Assembly (NCBI RefSeq): GCF_018977255.1
Contig: NW_024704742.1
Coordinates: 75,518,001 to 75,582,000 of the forward strand
Length of the DNA: 64,000 nucleotides
Source: Callorhinchus milii
Taxonomy: Eukaryota
Direction: 5' to 3'
Shown: positions 12,101 through 52,700 of the stretch, one piece after another
Position numbering within the stretch: the first letter of the stretch is position 1
Layout of the letters: each line of letters starts with the position of its first letter
Position numbers and translations under genes: made by a program
The notes under the pieces: generated by a model
Databases searched by the model: none
What the model saw: the letters and a program-made list of their open reading frames with translations, nothing else
Told to the model about the DNA's origin: nothing

Positions 12101-13779
12101 GTGCATTTTTATATCCTATTCATTCTAAAAAGTGAAACTTAATGAAGTGGATTTTCCAATAACCGGTTTAAACACATACTTGCAGCTGTCTGACACAGCT
12201 TATTACAATATAGTATAGGGATGTCAGAAATGTTCAGTTCTGACCAAAGGTCATCGACCTGAAACATTAACTCCCTGCCTCGATCCCTCCGTCTTGCCCC
12301 CTCTTTGCCCATCTACAAATCATACCTGAAGACTTTCCTCTTCAACTGTGCCTTTGGTCACCTCTCCTCCCTTTCCTTCTCGGCATCAAACCACACCGCT
12401 GGTAAGTGCTCAGAGACATTACTCACGTGAGGGGTGCTACATAAATGCAAGTTGTCATAATAATGCTTGCGTTTTGATATAATAATCCTTGCATTTGAAA
12501 TAGCACCTTATCAAGTCGTTTAAATCACTTCGCTGAATATACTGTAATATAATAATAATCCTTGCATTTGATATAGCGCTTTTCACGTCTTCTCAACGTC
12601 TCAAAGCGCTTCACAGAATAGACTGTAAAATGAACTGACCGTATATTTGTGGGCGAAACACGGCAGCCAATTGTGCACAGCAATGTCCCACAAACAGTCA
12701 TGGATTGAAAATGACCAATTTATTATTGTTTTGTTTTGGAGGGATTATTATTAGGTGTGTGGAGTAAGGAAACTTGCCCAAGGTTTCGCCCTGTGCCTGG
12801 AACTGAACCCAGGTGTCTCGCTTGCAAAGCGAGTGCTCTAACCACTGAGCTACAGGACTCCACGTCCACGTAAAATGAATTGACTGTACATTTTGTGGGC
12901 GAATGTAGTTATGACATCTCAAAGCATTTCTCGGGATTTACTGTAAAGTGCAGTAACTGAATTTGAATTGAGGGGTGGCAGTCGATTTGCGCACAGCAAT
13001 ATTTCCCATATACTGTATATTTTTATTCCATATAAATTAGAAAAAAAGTGAAGTCCTGTAGCTCAGTGGTGAGAGCGCTCGCCTCGCAAGCGAGAGGATC
13101 TGGATTTGATTCCCGGCCGGGCGAAACCTTGGGCAAGTTATCTTACCCCACGCGCCTGTTTACCCCGCTGTAACCTGGTGGTTAGTTGATTCGTGGATCA
13201 CTTTTCCGAGGGTAATAATTCCTTCAAACTACTTTAAAAAAAAATGCGGTGACGTAATCCGCGGCTGTTTGTGGGACACCTATGTGCGCGATCGGCTGCG
13301 GCGTTTCGCCCACAAAATATACAGTCAACTCCCTCTACTGTGTGCTCCGTGAAGCGCTTCGAGACGTCTCGAAGACGTGATGAGGCGCTGTCAAATGCTG
13401 AGATTGTTGTTATTTTCTGGGGGGGGGGTGGGGGGGGGGCACCAGGAGAGGGAGAAACTCCCCCTCTGTTTTCTGACGGTGCCAGTGGGGTCTGATCCCT
13501 GTGTGACCCACAGGCGGCGCCACAGCGCAGCAGAGCGTCACCCCCTCCATCCCTGGCGGTGACCAGGCCCTGACTGACTGACTGACTGACTGAGGCAGCG
13601 CACTCCAGGCCCAGGCCCAGGCCCCGCACAGGCCGCGGTGCCAGTCGGGTCAGGTCCGCTGCCTGACTCAGCGGGTTTAGGAGCGAGTCCCCGCGGTTCC
13701 CGCCTTACCTGTGGAAGGAGACTCCCCGCTCCTTGTCGTACCGATTCTTACAACCATACGCGGAGCAGGACAACACCAT
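2977..13779 (-). CDS. THAP1: THAP1-like THAP-domain zinc-finger transcription factor (gene span)
   Basis: join complement(13709-13779, 11390-11591, 8943-9293) gives 207 aa. With the donor at 8978/8977 and exon 2977-3176 it gives 262 aa. [16 protein letters not shown]...CSEHF...AVPSIF forms the C2CH THAP domain, followed by the DHSY HCF1-binding motif and a coiled coil. Orthologue versus paralogue is unresolved. Confidence 0.85.
3487..4066 (+). mobile_element. L2 LINE 3' fragment
   Basis: [18 protein letters not shown]...LHW ORF2 end; 3' stem-loop and (TTG)n tail. Confidence 0.8.
4195..4563 (+). mobile_element. tRNA-derived SINE, long subtype
   Basis: Head plus the CTGTTTACCTAGC...GGGGGT segment, Deu core and (TTA)n. 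Confidence 0.8.
5384..5705 (-). mobile_element. tRNA-Ala-derived SINE, short young subtype
   Basis: Full head TAGCTCAGTGG / GAGTTCAATTCC, Deu core and tail. Confidence 0.9.
5993..6490 (-). mobile_element. L2 LINE fragment with internal deletion and inserted segment
   Basis: L2 3' end at 5993-6360 and an RT-region piece at about 6425-6490. Confidence 0.7.
6852..7360 (-). mobile_element. CR1 LINE 3' fragment
   Basis: ATTCTRTG-type terminal repeat remnant; homologous to 48303-48745. Confidence 0.75.
8943..9293 (-). CDS. THAP1: THAP1-like exon 3 (to read-through stop; internal donor at 8978/8977)
   Basis: TTTATAG acceptor; DHSYSV motif and coiled coil [20 protein letters not shown]. Confidence 0.88.
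   Translation of the reverse strand, partial: KLETLTPREQSITEVEVKVEPVPKQSCDLSEPTPPSDLLTIYDHSYSVGDARLQKRRIQQLEEQNEKLKKKLKFLQQKSRRQEQQLERMKKLLQELNVQEMLPHQSVCCYTTPCMK
9355..11005 (+). mobile_element. L2 LINE fragments (RT to 3' end, followed by a second 3' end)
   Basis: GVPQGSVL and YxDDTQ RT motifs, frameshifted. Two 3' stem-loop/(TTG)n ends near 10660 and 11000. Confidence 0.85.
11390..11591 (-). CDS. THAP1: THAP1-like exon 2
   Basis: [21 protein letters not shown]...CSEHF...[19 protein letters not shown] acceptor and AAG|GTAAAC donor, in phase. Confidence 0.92.
12232..12275 (+). mobile_element. Penelope-like repeat remnant with degenerate hammerhead core
   Basis: CTGACCA-A-AGGTC-ATC-GACCT-GAAAC; homologous to the hairpin element at 35494. 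Confidence 0.5.
12547..12863 (-). mobile_element. tRNA-Ala-derived SINE nested in an older SINE
   Basis: Full copy; the older SINE is split into 12479-12546 and 12870-12905. Confidence 0.88.
13048..13414 (+). mobile_element. tRNA-derived SINE, long subtype, GC-shifted
   Basis: Head, internal segment, Deu core and tail are all present. Confidence 0.85.
13571..13593. repeat. (TGAC)n microsatellite
   Basis: About 5.75 perfect copies. Confidence 0.9.
13709..13779 (-). CDS. THAP1: THAP1-like exon 1 (71 nt coding)
   Basis: [23 protein letters not shown] then AG|GTAAGG; same 71-nt coding length as human THAP1 exon 1. Confidence 0.92.
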
Positions 13780-14120
13780 GGCGCCCGCCCGCCGCGCCAC
13801 GTGACCCGTGGCCCTGGCTCTGGTTGGTCAGCTGGCTGCCAGACGCCATCTTTGTTGAGGGCAAGGCTGCGTCTGACGTCATCGTCCGCAGCACTGTGAG
13901 GGGCAAAAGGGGGGCGGGGTCTGCACCTCTGGGGTGGGGAAGGCCAGTCTGCAGGGCAGTCTCCAGGCACCGGTGTGAAGGGCACTTTATAAGTGCAAAT
14001 TGTTGTTGTCAGGATACTTCTGGAACATTGCAATTCTTCAAATGGACTTTAACTAAACCAGTATTTTGAATAGTTTCCAAAGGATGAAAAGGTGCCTGGA
14101 GCCCACCCTGCAGATATAAT

Positions 14121-14187
14121 ACAACAACAACAACAAGATTCCATTTATAAAGCGCCTTTCACGTTAGGAGGACGTCCCAAGGCGCTG
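14121..14187 (-). mobile_element. 67-bp L2 3' end
   Basis: Nearly identical to the L2 end at 34707-34769; (TTG)n tail. Confidence 0.8.
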
Positions 14188-14499
14188 ATAATCCTTGCAT
14201 TTGATATAGCGCTTTTCACGTCAGGAGGACGTCCCAAAGCGCTTCACAGAACACACTGTAAAGTGAATTGACTGTATATTTGTGGGCGAACGCGGCAGCC
14301 AATTGCGCACAGCAATGTCCCACAAACAGTCGTAGATTGAAAATGACCAATTTAATTATTGTTTTGGGTTTTTGGAGGGATTATTATTAGATGTGTGGAG
14401 TAAGGAAACTTGCCCAAGGTTTCGCCCTCTGCCTGGAATTGAACTCGGGTCTCTCGCTTGCAAAGCGAGTGCTCTAACCACTGAGCTACAGGACTCCAC
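14188..14499 (-). mobile_element. tRNA-Ala-derived SINE, short young subtype
   Basis: Full-length copy. Confidence 0.9.
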
Positions 14500-14701
14500 A
14501 ATGCCTCCTTCCTTACTCCAGCTCCCTTCCATTTTGCCCCTCATGCCTCTGTGGCCAATGAGCAGCCTGACACACAAAATACACAGTCACTGCACTCCAC
14601 AGTAAATCCTGTGAAGGGCTTTGAGGCAAAATATGATGAAAAAACACATTCAGACTATGAAACCTAAATCTTCCACTTACCATTTGCAATCTACCCAAAT
14701 A

Positions 14702-15043
14702 GTGGAGTCCTGTACTCAGTGGTTAGAGCACTTGCCTCGCAAGCGAGACCTGGGTTCTATTCCCTTCAGGGCAAAACTGGGCACGTTTCCTTATTCCACA
14801 AGTTTCTGTTTATTTAGCAGTAAGTACAAACCTAGTTGTTAGTCGATTGGCGGATTGCTTTTCTGGGGGTAATAATTCCCTCAAAAAGAATTGGTCACTC
14901 CATCCACGGGACACTGCTGTGGGCAATTGGTTGCCGCATTTGGCCCACAAAATATAGTCAAATCTTTTTACAGTATAACCTGTGAAGTCCTATGAGATGC
15001 CTCGAGGACGCGATAAAACCCTATAAGTGCATGGATTATTATT
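14702..15043 (+). mobile_element. tRNA-derived SINE, long subtype
   Basis: Head GTGGAGTCCTGTA through the (TTA)n tail. Confidence 0.85.
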
Positions 15044-15522
15044 AGGTTCCCCCCAAAAAACGCACAGCCACCGGACTTTACGGCATGCAGGTATAATCGA
15101 GGTGCGAACCATGTGCTAAGGCGCCCTATCGAAATGCAATTGCTAATTTGATGGAAAGCACAGGCAAAGTCTACACCGTGCGCTTTACAGTCGCGATTTC
15201 TCGCAGGGTTTTTTTTATTTAAAAAAAGAAAGAAAAATAAATGGCGGCAAAAGGCCCACAGTGAGCGGAGTGAGTGAGTGAGTGCCCAGTGGTCGGCACA
15301 GGGGCGGTGTGTGTGTGTGTGTGGGGGGCGATGGCTCAGCGCTGCGTCACAAGTCGCACGCATGCGCTGTGCATGTGAAGCAGGGCCGAGTCAGCGCGGA
15401 GCCGCCGCGGCCTCTCCTCTCCCTCTCTCCCCCCCCAATCCAACGCCATCCGCTCGGATAGAGGCCGCCAAAGCCGCCCGTCTTTGCAGCGCACCCCGGG
15501 CCGCGCACACCAAACTGTCACC

Positions 15523-46192
<30,670 letters not shown>

Positions 46193-46476
46193 TGCATGAG
46201 ATCCTGTGTTCAGACCTGTTAACTTTGGGGAAATATTCAGTTACCTAAACTGCAAGAAGATTGTGTGACTGGGTGCTTCAGTTTCTGTGTATCCTGGAGA
46301 ATGAAGGCATTGTTTGTACATACAAGGTGTGGTCCGTTTTGCCATCTTTAGTCTGACATAACACTTTTGTAACGTTTGTTCTCATTGATGAAGTATGAAT
46401 CTTTTATACTTATCGGCTGTGTAACTAGATTGTTGTAAAAAGAAAGGAGTTTTGTGTATTACGTTTCATGAGATTT

Positions 46477-46530
46477 AATAAAGACGAATTCTTGATTTTT
46501 TAAATTTCTTTTTCTTATCTTGATAATAAA
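46477..46530 (+). terminator. POLR2B polyadenylation signals
   Basis: AATAAA at 46477-46482 and 46525-46530, with T-rich sequence downstream of the first. Confidence 0.7.
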
Positions 46531-46558
46531 CTTTATAGGTTAACTGCAAGCACAGGCA

Positions 46559-46564
46559 TTTATT
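46559..46564 (-). terminator. IGFBP7 polyadenylation signal
   Basis: AATAAA on the minus strand about 210 nt after the stop. Confidence 0.6.
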
Positions 46565-46776
46565 GGATTTTAAAATGAAAGGAATAGCGGCATCCAGGAT
46601 TAACTATATAAATCATTATGAATATACATGCTTGAAAAAGCATTCAAAGGTTTTAAGAAAGTTATACAAGCATAGTCTGCTTTCTATTTCCAGGTTTCCC
46701 TGTAAATAGACAAGCAGTTAGTATAGTACTAAATGGTGCTTTAACCATTTGAGCAACGTTGTCTTCTTGTATGTTT

Positions 46777-46793
46777 TCATGCTTCTTTTTCCT
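46777..46793 (-). CDS. IGFBP7: IGFBP7 exon 5 (stop)
   Basis: Strong acceptor TTTCCTGTTTTACAG, phase 1, (Q)EKEA*. A short terminal coding stretch, as in human. Confidence 0.7.
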
Positions 46794-49700
46794 CTGTAAA
46801 ACAGGAAACCCAAGTTAATGAGAAGAAATGTGCTTGTTTTTTCCCTTTACTATAAAGCAATATGCAACCAAAAAAACTGAAATGTTTTATCCCTCACAAT
46901 TTGGAGCTTTGGAGACATCCAGGACTTGATGTCTGACAGGCATTCTGTCAGGACAGCAGTGGTCCTCGAGTTGAGAGTGGAGGCGGAAATATAGAATTGG
47001 GTGTCATCCGCATACATGTGGAAGTTGACCCCATGTATGCGGATGATATCATCAAGAGGGAGCATGTAGATATTGAAGAGGAGGGGACCCAAGAACAGCC
47101 CCGAGGAATGCCGCATGAGACGGTGCGGGGGCTAAAGGAAGACGTTTGTGGAGATGAAGTGGAGATGGTGTGAGAGGTACGATCTGAACCATTCAAGGAC
47201 AGAACCGTAAAGTTTGAGGTGAGAGGAGGGTTGGTGGATGAGGATAAGAGTGGTCAATGGTATCGAAGGTAGCAGAGAGGTCAAGGAGGACGAGGAAGTA
47301 GAGGGAGCCCTGATTGCAGATGGACAGTATGTCACTTTGACCAAAGCTGTTTCTGTTGTGGGCGGCACGGAAACCCGATTGAAGGGGTTTGTGAAGGGAG
47401 TGGCTTGAGAGGAAGGAGCGAACCTGGGAAGCAACGATTCATTCTGGTACAAAGGAAAGGGAGGTTGGAGAATTGGGACGGTAGTTTGGGAGCAGGGGTG
47501 GATCCAGGGACGTTTTTTTTAAAGATAGGAGTGATTACGGCTGTTTTTAAGGAGGTGGGAACGGTGCCAGTGGACAGGGAAAGGTTTATGATGTCAGTGA
47601 GTAGGGGGGTAAAGGAGAGGGGAAGGGATGGAGTCAAGGGAGCAGGTGGTCGGTTTCATGTGGATTATAGTGGTGGTGAGAGAGGAGGGGGAGACAGGTT
47701 CGAAGGTGTGGGGGGAGGTGCTAGTCGTTGGAAGGGCAGAAGCAGCTGAGCAGATCCCCTTGACTTTGGATTCAAGGAAGTACAGTATCTTCTTGCAGTT
47801 GGTGTTGGAGGAGAGGATGGGGGAGGCGTGAGAAGGTGGGTGGAGGAGCCAGTTGGTGATGGATTAGAGTAGCCTGGAGTTGTCCTTGGCCTCCAAGATT
47901 GTCTTGGAGTAGAAAGACAATTTAGCAGAAGCGAGGGTGAAGCAGTAAGTTTTGATTAGGTCCAGCCAGATCTGCTGATGGACCGTTAAGTTAGATTTGA
48001 GTCAGGCATGAAACAAATTATTTGAGGGATTGTTGGCCAGGACACTGGGAGAAACTCCCTTCTCTTTTTTAAAAGTGCCATGGGATCTTTAACGTCCACC
48101 TAAACAGGCAAATGGGACCTCAGTTTAACATATCTGAAGGACAGCACCTCTGAGTATGTAACATTTTGCCCCTCCTCACAGCTTCCGAGACATCATGAAG
48201 CCCCACGTCGAGACTTGAACTCACATCTTTGACTCAAGAGGGAATGCTACCCCAAGCGAGCCAGGCTAACAACTAATCATATTACTTTCTATAAAACCAT
48301 TATAGAATCATAGAATATTACAGCATTCGGCCCATCGTGCCTGTGCCGGCTCTTTGGAAGAGCTACCCAATCAGTCCCACTTCCTTACTCTTTCCCCATA
48401 TCCTTGCAATTTTTTTCCTTTTCAAGTACCTTTCTAATTCCCTTTTGAAAGTTGTTGTTGAATCTGTTTCCACCACCCTTTCAGGCAGTGCATTCCAGAC
48501 CGTAACAACTCTGTGGGGAAAAAAAAGTCTCCTCATCTTCCCTCTGGTTCTTTTGTCAATTGAATCCATGTGCCCTGGTTACTGACACAACTGCCAGTGG
48601 AAACAGTTTCTCCCTATCTACTCTATCAAAACCCCCTCATAATTTTGAACACCTCTATTAAATCTCCCCTTAACCTTCTCTGCTCTCAGGAGAACAAACC
48701 CAGTTTATCTAGTTTCTCCACATAACTAAAGTCCTGGAATCATCTTATGTACCAGCTTTGTCTAGCCTTTTGAATTTATTGAAGAGCACGGAACCAAATT
48801 AGCGCAATGTATTCCATTAGAAATTGGCTATGATTTTGATCTAAGATATTGTCAGGATAATTTAAAAGAAAATGGATTAAATGAAACACAACACAATTCC
48901 ACTGATGAATGAAAAGCTACTTGATGGATGTGCTATTAATTATCTAGCAGTACGTGCCACACTGCTGGATCCCGTGCTCTCGACACCTATTGTGTACGTG
49001 AACCTTACCTGAACTATACAATGGCTTCAGTTTATTAGGGAAGACTCCTTTGAGAAAAGGTTGAATGAAGTGATGGATTTTATTTACTTAATTATCTTCC
49101 CACCTCGCCTACAGTGTTCCTGTTACTGAATAGTTCTGGCAATCCCCCAGAACCATGTCTAAACAGCCTTTCTTTGTGTTAGCCTGGATTGTGAGGGTCA
49201 GCAGTCTGTAGAGGCAATTGAGAATGAGCCTAATCACACATGCACTCTCCAGTAGAGGTCACTGCGGTGATCAGGAGCAAGATTACAGTGTTCCTTCCCT
49301 CCCACCAACCCCCCACTCCCAGCCCAGAGGCACTAAAACTAATCATACCTCTCCAACGGCTACTCCATCAGATTCTCAGTTGGACTTATCCCTCCAAAGC
49401 TATTTGCAACGGATGCAACTGCTATTGATGGCATGTAGGAAAACTTCAATAATCTATACAAAGTATGTTTATAATGCAAAATGGCCGATTTGTGGATTAC
49501 GTCACAACTATTTGTACTTAATAAGCCGTCTCAAAGCGCTTCACAGAATATACCGTAAAACCAATTGATTGTGTATTTTGTGGGCGAAACGTGGCAGACA
49601 ATTTTTTTAAATGCATTATTACCCCCAGAAAAGTGATCCACCAATCGACTAACAACCCAGTTCCTTCTTATGTCTAGGTGAACAGAGGCGTGTGGAGTAA

Positions 49701-52700
49701 AGAAACTTGTCCAATGTTTAACCCTGCCCAGGAATCAAACCCAGATCCTCTCACTTGCGAGGCGAGTGCTCTGACCTCTAAGCTACAGGACTCCACAATA
49801 TTTTCTCTGCAGTGAAGAATTGTGAGATTTGTTTTCTCATACATCTACTTGCTCTTTGTCTTGTCTTCTTCACTCCATTTGTATTTTCACTTTTTCACAA
49901 CAGCAGCCAAGCTAATTCACTAGCATTATGCATCCCATATTAGCTGAAATATAAATATCTTTCCCCTCCCCTTTCTGAACATTGCTTGGGATGGAAATCT
50001 ACTGGAATGCAAAATTAATTTGTAACTCCAAGAGTCCTCCAAGCAACCTCTGGGGTCCCCAAGTCTTGGCTTTTGCCAGCCTGTGACTAATACTCTGGAA
50101 TTAAGTAAATAGGGAGAGGGTGTAGATTCCATTCCAATATGAGGGTAATAATAATAATAATAATCCTTGCATTTGATATAGCGCTTTTCACGTCGGGAGG
50201 ACGTCCCAAAGCGCTTCACAGAACACATTGTAAAGTGAATTGACTGTATATTTGTGGGCGAACGCGGCAGCCAATTGCGCACAGCAATGTCCCACAAACA
50301 GTCGTAGATTGAAAATGACCAATTTATTATTGTTTTTGGTTTTGATTCAATTTCAATTCCAGGCAGGTTTCAATTCCCTGCCTGGAATTGAACTCGGTCT
50401 CTCGCTTGCAAAGCGAGTGCTCTAACCACTGAGCTACAGGACTCCAGGTATTTCTATGTATAGATGGCATGCGTGGAACTCTGTTTAATTTGGATACTTT
50501 AAGCATGATGATGGCATTCTGCATATTTGGGCACCCAGCTGATAATAATAATCCTTGCATTTGATATAGCATCTTATCACATCTTTGAGACATCTCAAAA
50601 CGCTTCACAAATATACTGTAAAGTGAATTGACTGTATATTTTGTGGGTGAATCACGGCAGCCAATTGTACACAGCAGTGTCCCACAAACAGTTGTGGATT
50701 GAGTGACCAAATTATTATTTTTTTTGAAGGAATTATTATCCCCGGAAAAGTGATCTGCCAATCGACTATCAACTGGGTTCCTACAGACCGCTAGGTAAAC
50801 AGGCGTGTGGAATAAGGAAACTTGCCAAACATTTCACCCTGCCCGGGAATCAGGTCCTCTTGCTTGCCAGGCGAGTGCTCTAACCACTAAACTACAGGAC
50901 TCTACACCACTAAGTAATAAACTAAAGGGAGTAGATCTGTGAATTGTATAACGTCTCGACGCTACTTTTCTCTGAATATCCCATAAGATTAGATCTGATG
51001 ATAAACAATGAAAGTTGTATTTAAGTACATCATTTCACTTACGTTTACTTTTTAATCTTATTTCGGCAGCTGAGTGGACGACATGAATGCTTCCATTAGC
51101 TGTAGCCTCCCCTTTGAAGTTTGATGCATGACATTCATACACTCCGGCATCATCTTCAGTTAAAGGAGAAATCTAAATAAAAATGGAAACACAAGGAGCG
51201 GTGATCTTTTTCAAACTGATTGAGATTCATATTTAGAGCAAATAAAGTTGTTGAATTTAAAAGGATCCAGGTTAGTGGTTACATGACTGATATGTACATG
51301 AGACCTTGCTGAGTCTATATGAATTGATATCATGCTGGCATTGCCTTTACCTATTGAAAGTAGTAAATACCAGTTCAACAACAACAAAACTTTAATTTAT
51401 ATAGTGCCTTTCACGTGGGGTAGCTCCTTGGAGCTCTTAACAGTGGCGGAGTCTGATGCCGAATCAAGGGTTAGGTGACTGTAAGCACCGTTGAAGAAAA
51501 AAGTTCACCTACAAATACATAGTCACATCATTTTGCAGTAAATCCAATGAAGCACTCTGAGATGTTTTGAGGATGTGATAAGGAGTTATATCAAATCCAA
51601 GGCTTTTATTATTTTGCGGAAGCCGGGGGAGGGGGGATTTGTGGAGAGTAGAGTTTCAGTGCTGTTTGAGGGCACGCTGGCCTTATTAACTTTGTCAGAA
51701 ACAGTCACTTTGTCAAAGTCAGTGGGATGATGAACCTCCTTTCCCGTGGCTTCACTGCAGTAATAATAAAAATCTCTGCATTTGATTTTATGTCTTAAGC
51801 ATCAGCAAAACACTTTGTTTAAAAAATAAGGCCAGCTTCGGCCTAATCTCTCATTTCTACTGCATTGTTATCAACTCGGCAAAAATGTAAATTCATCAAT
51901 AACTATAATACTCCATTGAACGAAAGTTATGGATGAAACCAGAACAGGAAGCATAGCAAATAATAAAAAATGGAGCAGCTGCATTCAGGAAGATTTGAAT
52001 ATTTTAATAATATGCAAGGTGAAACCTTAGGCAAGTTTCCTTACTCTACATTCCTCTGTTTTACCTAGCAGTAAGTAGGAATCTGATTCTTAGTCAATTG
52101 GCGGATTGCTTTCCGGGAATGATAATCCCTCAAAAAAAATCCACGACTGTTTGTGGGACCCTAGTTTGCTCAATTGGCTTCCGAGTTTCATCCACAAAAT
52201 ACAATCAATCCATTTTGCAATATATTCTGTGCAGTGCTTTGAGATGTATCAATGATGTGATCAGGCTCTATATTAAATGCATGGATTATTATTATTGTTG
52301 GTAACTAAACCTGGAGGTGGCAGATGTGATTCAATGTGAATAAGCATAGGAATAAGGAATCAAAAGATGTGTATTAAACAGACCGTGGATATAATGTGTT
52401 CAGGAAAACAACCTAAGGCTAGATGTGAATAAATCTATGAATTTGGGAGCCCAGTGCTTGGTTGCAACAGCAAAATAAAGCACTGGGTGCATTAGCTGAG
52501 ATTTCAGAGGAAAGAAAACCAGGCTATGCACACTGTAGGTCAGAATCTATTTAGGATGCTGCATGCAGTTTTGATCACCTCAATTTAAAAATGCAACTTA
52601 TGACTGAGTAAAGAGTACAAGGAAAATGAAGTTTGAAGCTATGACAATCAGAAATGTCGATTCTTTCTAAAATTAAGAATTATTGCCTTAATATCGTACT

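Larger units (their letters stand above)
13500..13930 (-). promoter_or_regulatory. CpG island / promoter of THAP1-like gene
   Basis: CpG-rich, with E-box CACGTG (13798), YY1-like CGCCATCTT (about 13844), CRE TGACGTCA (13874-13881) and GC box GGGGCGGGG. Confidence 0.75.

Noticed and set aside
14430..14499. tRNA-Ala-like sequences
   Set aside because: They are SINE heads: there is no acceptor-stem closure and they run directly into SINE bodies.
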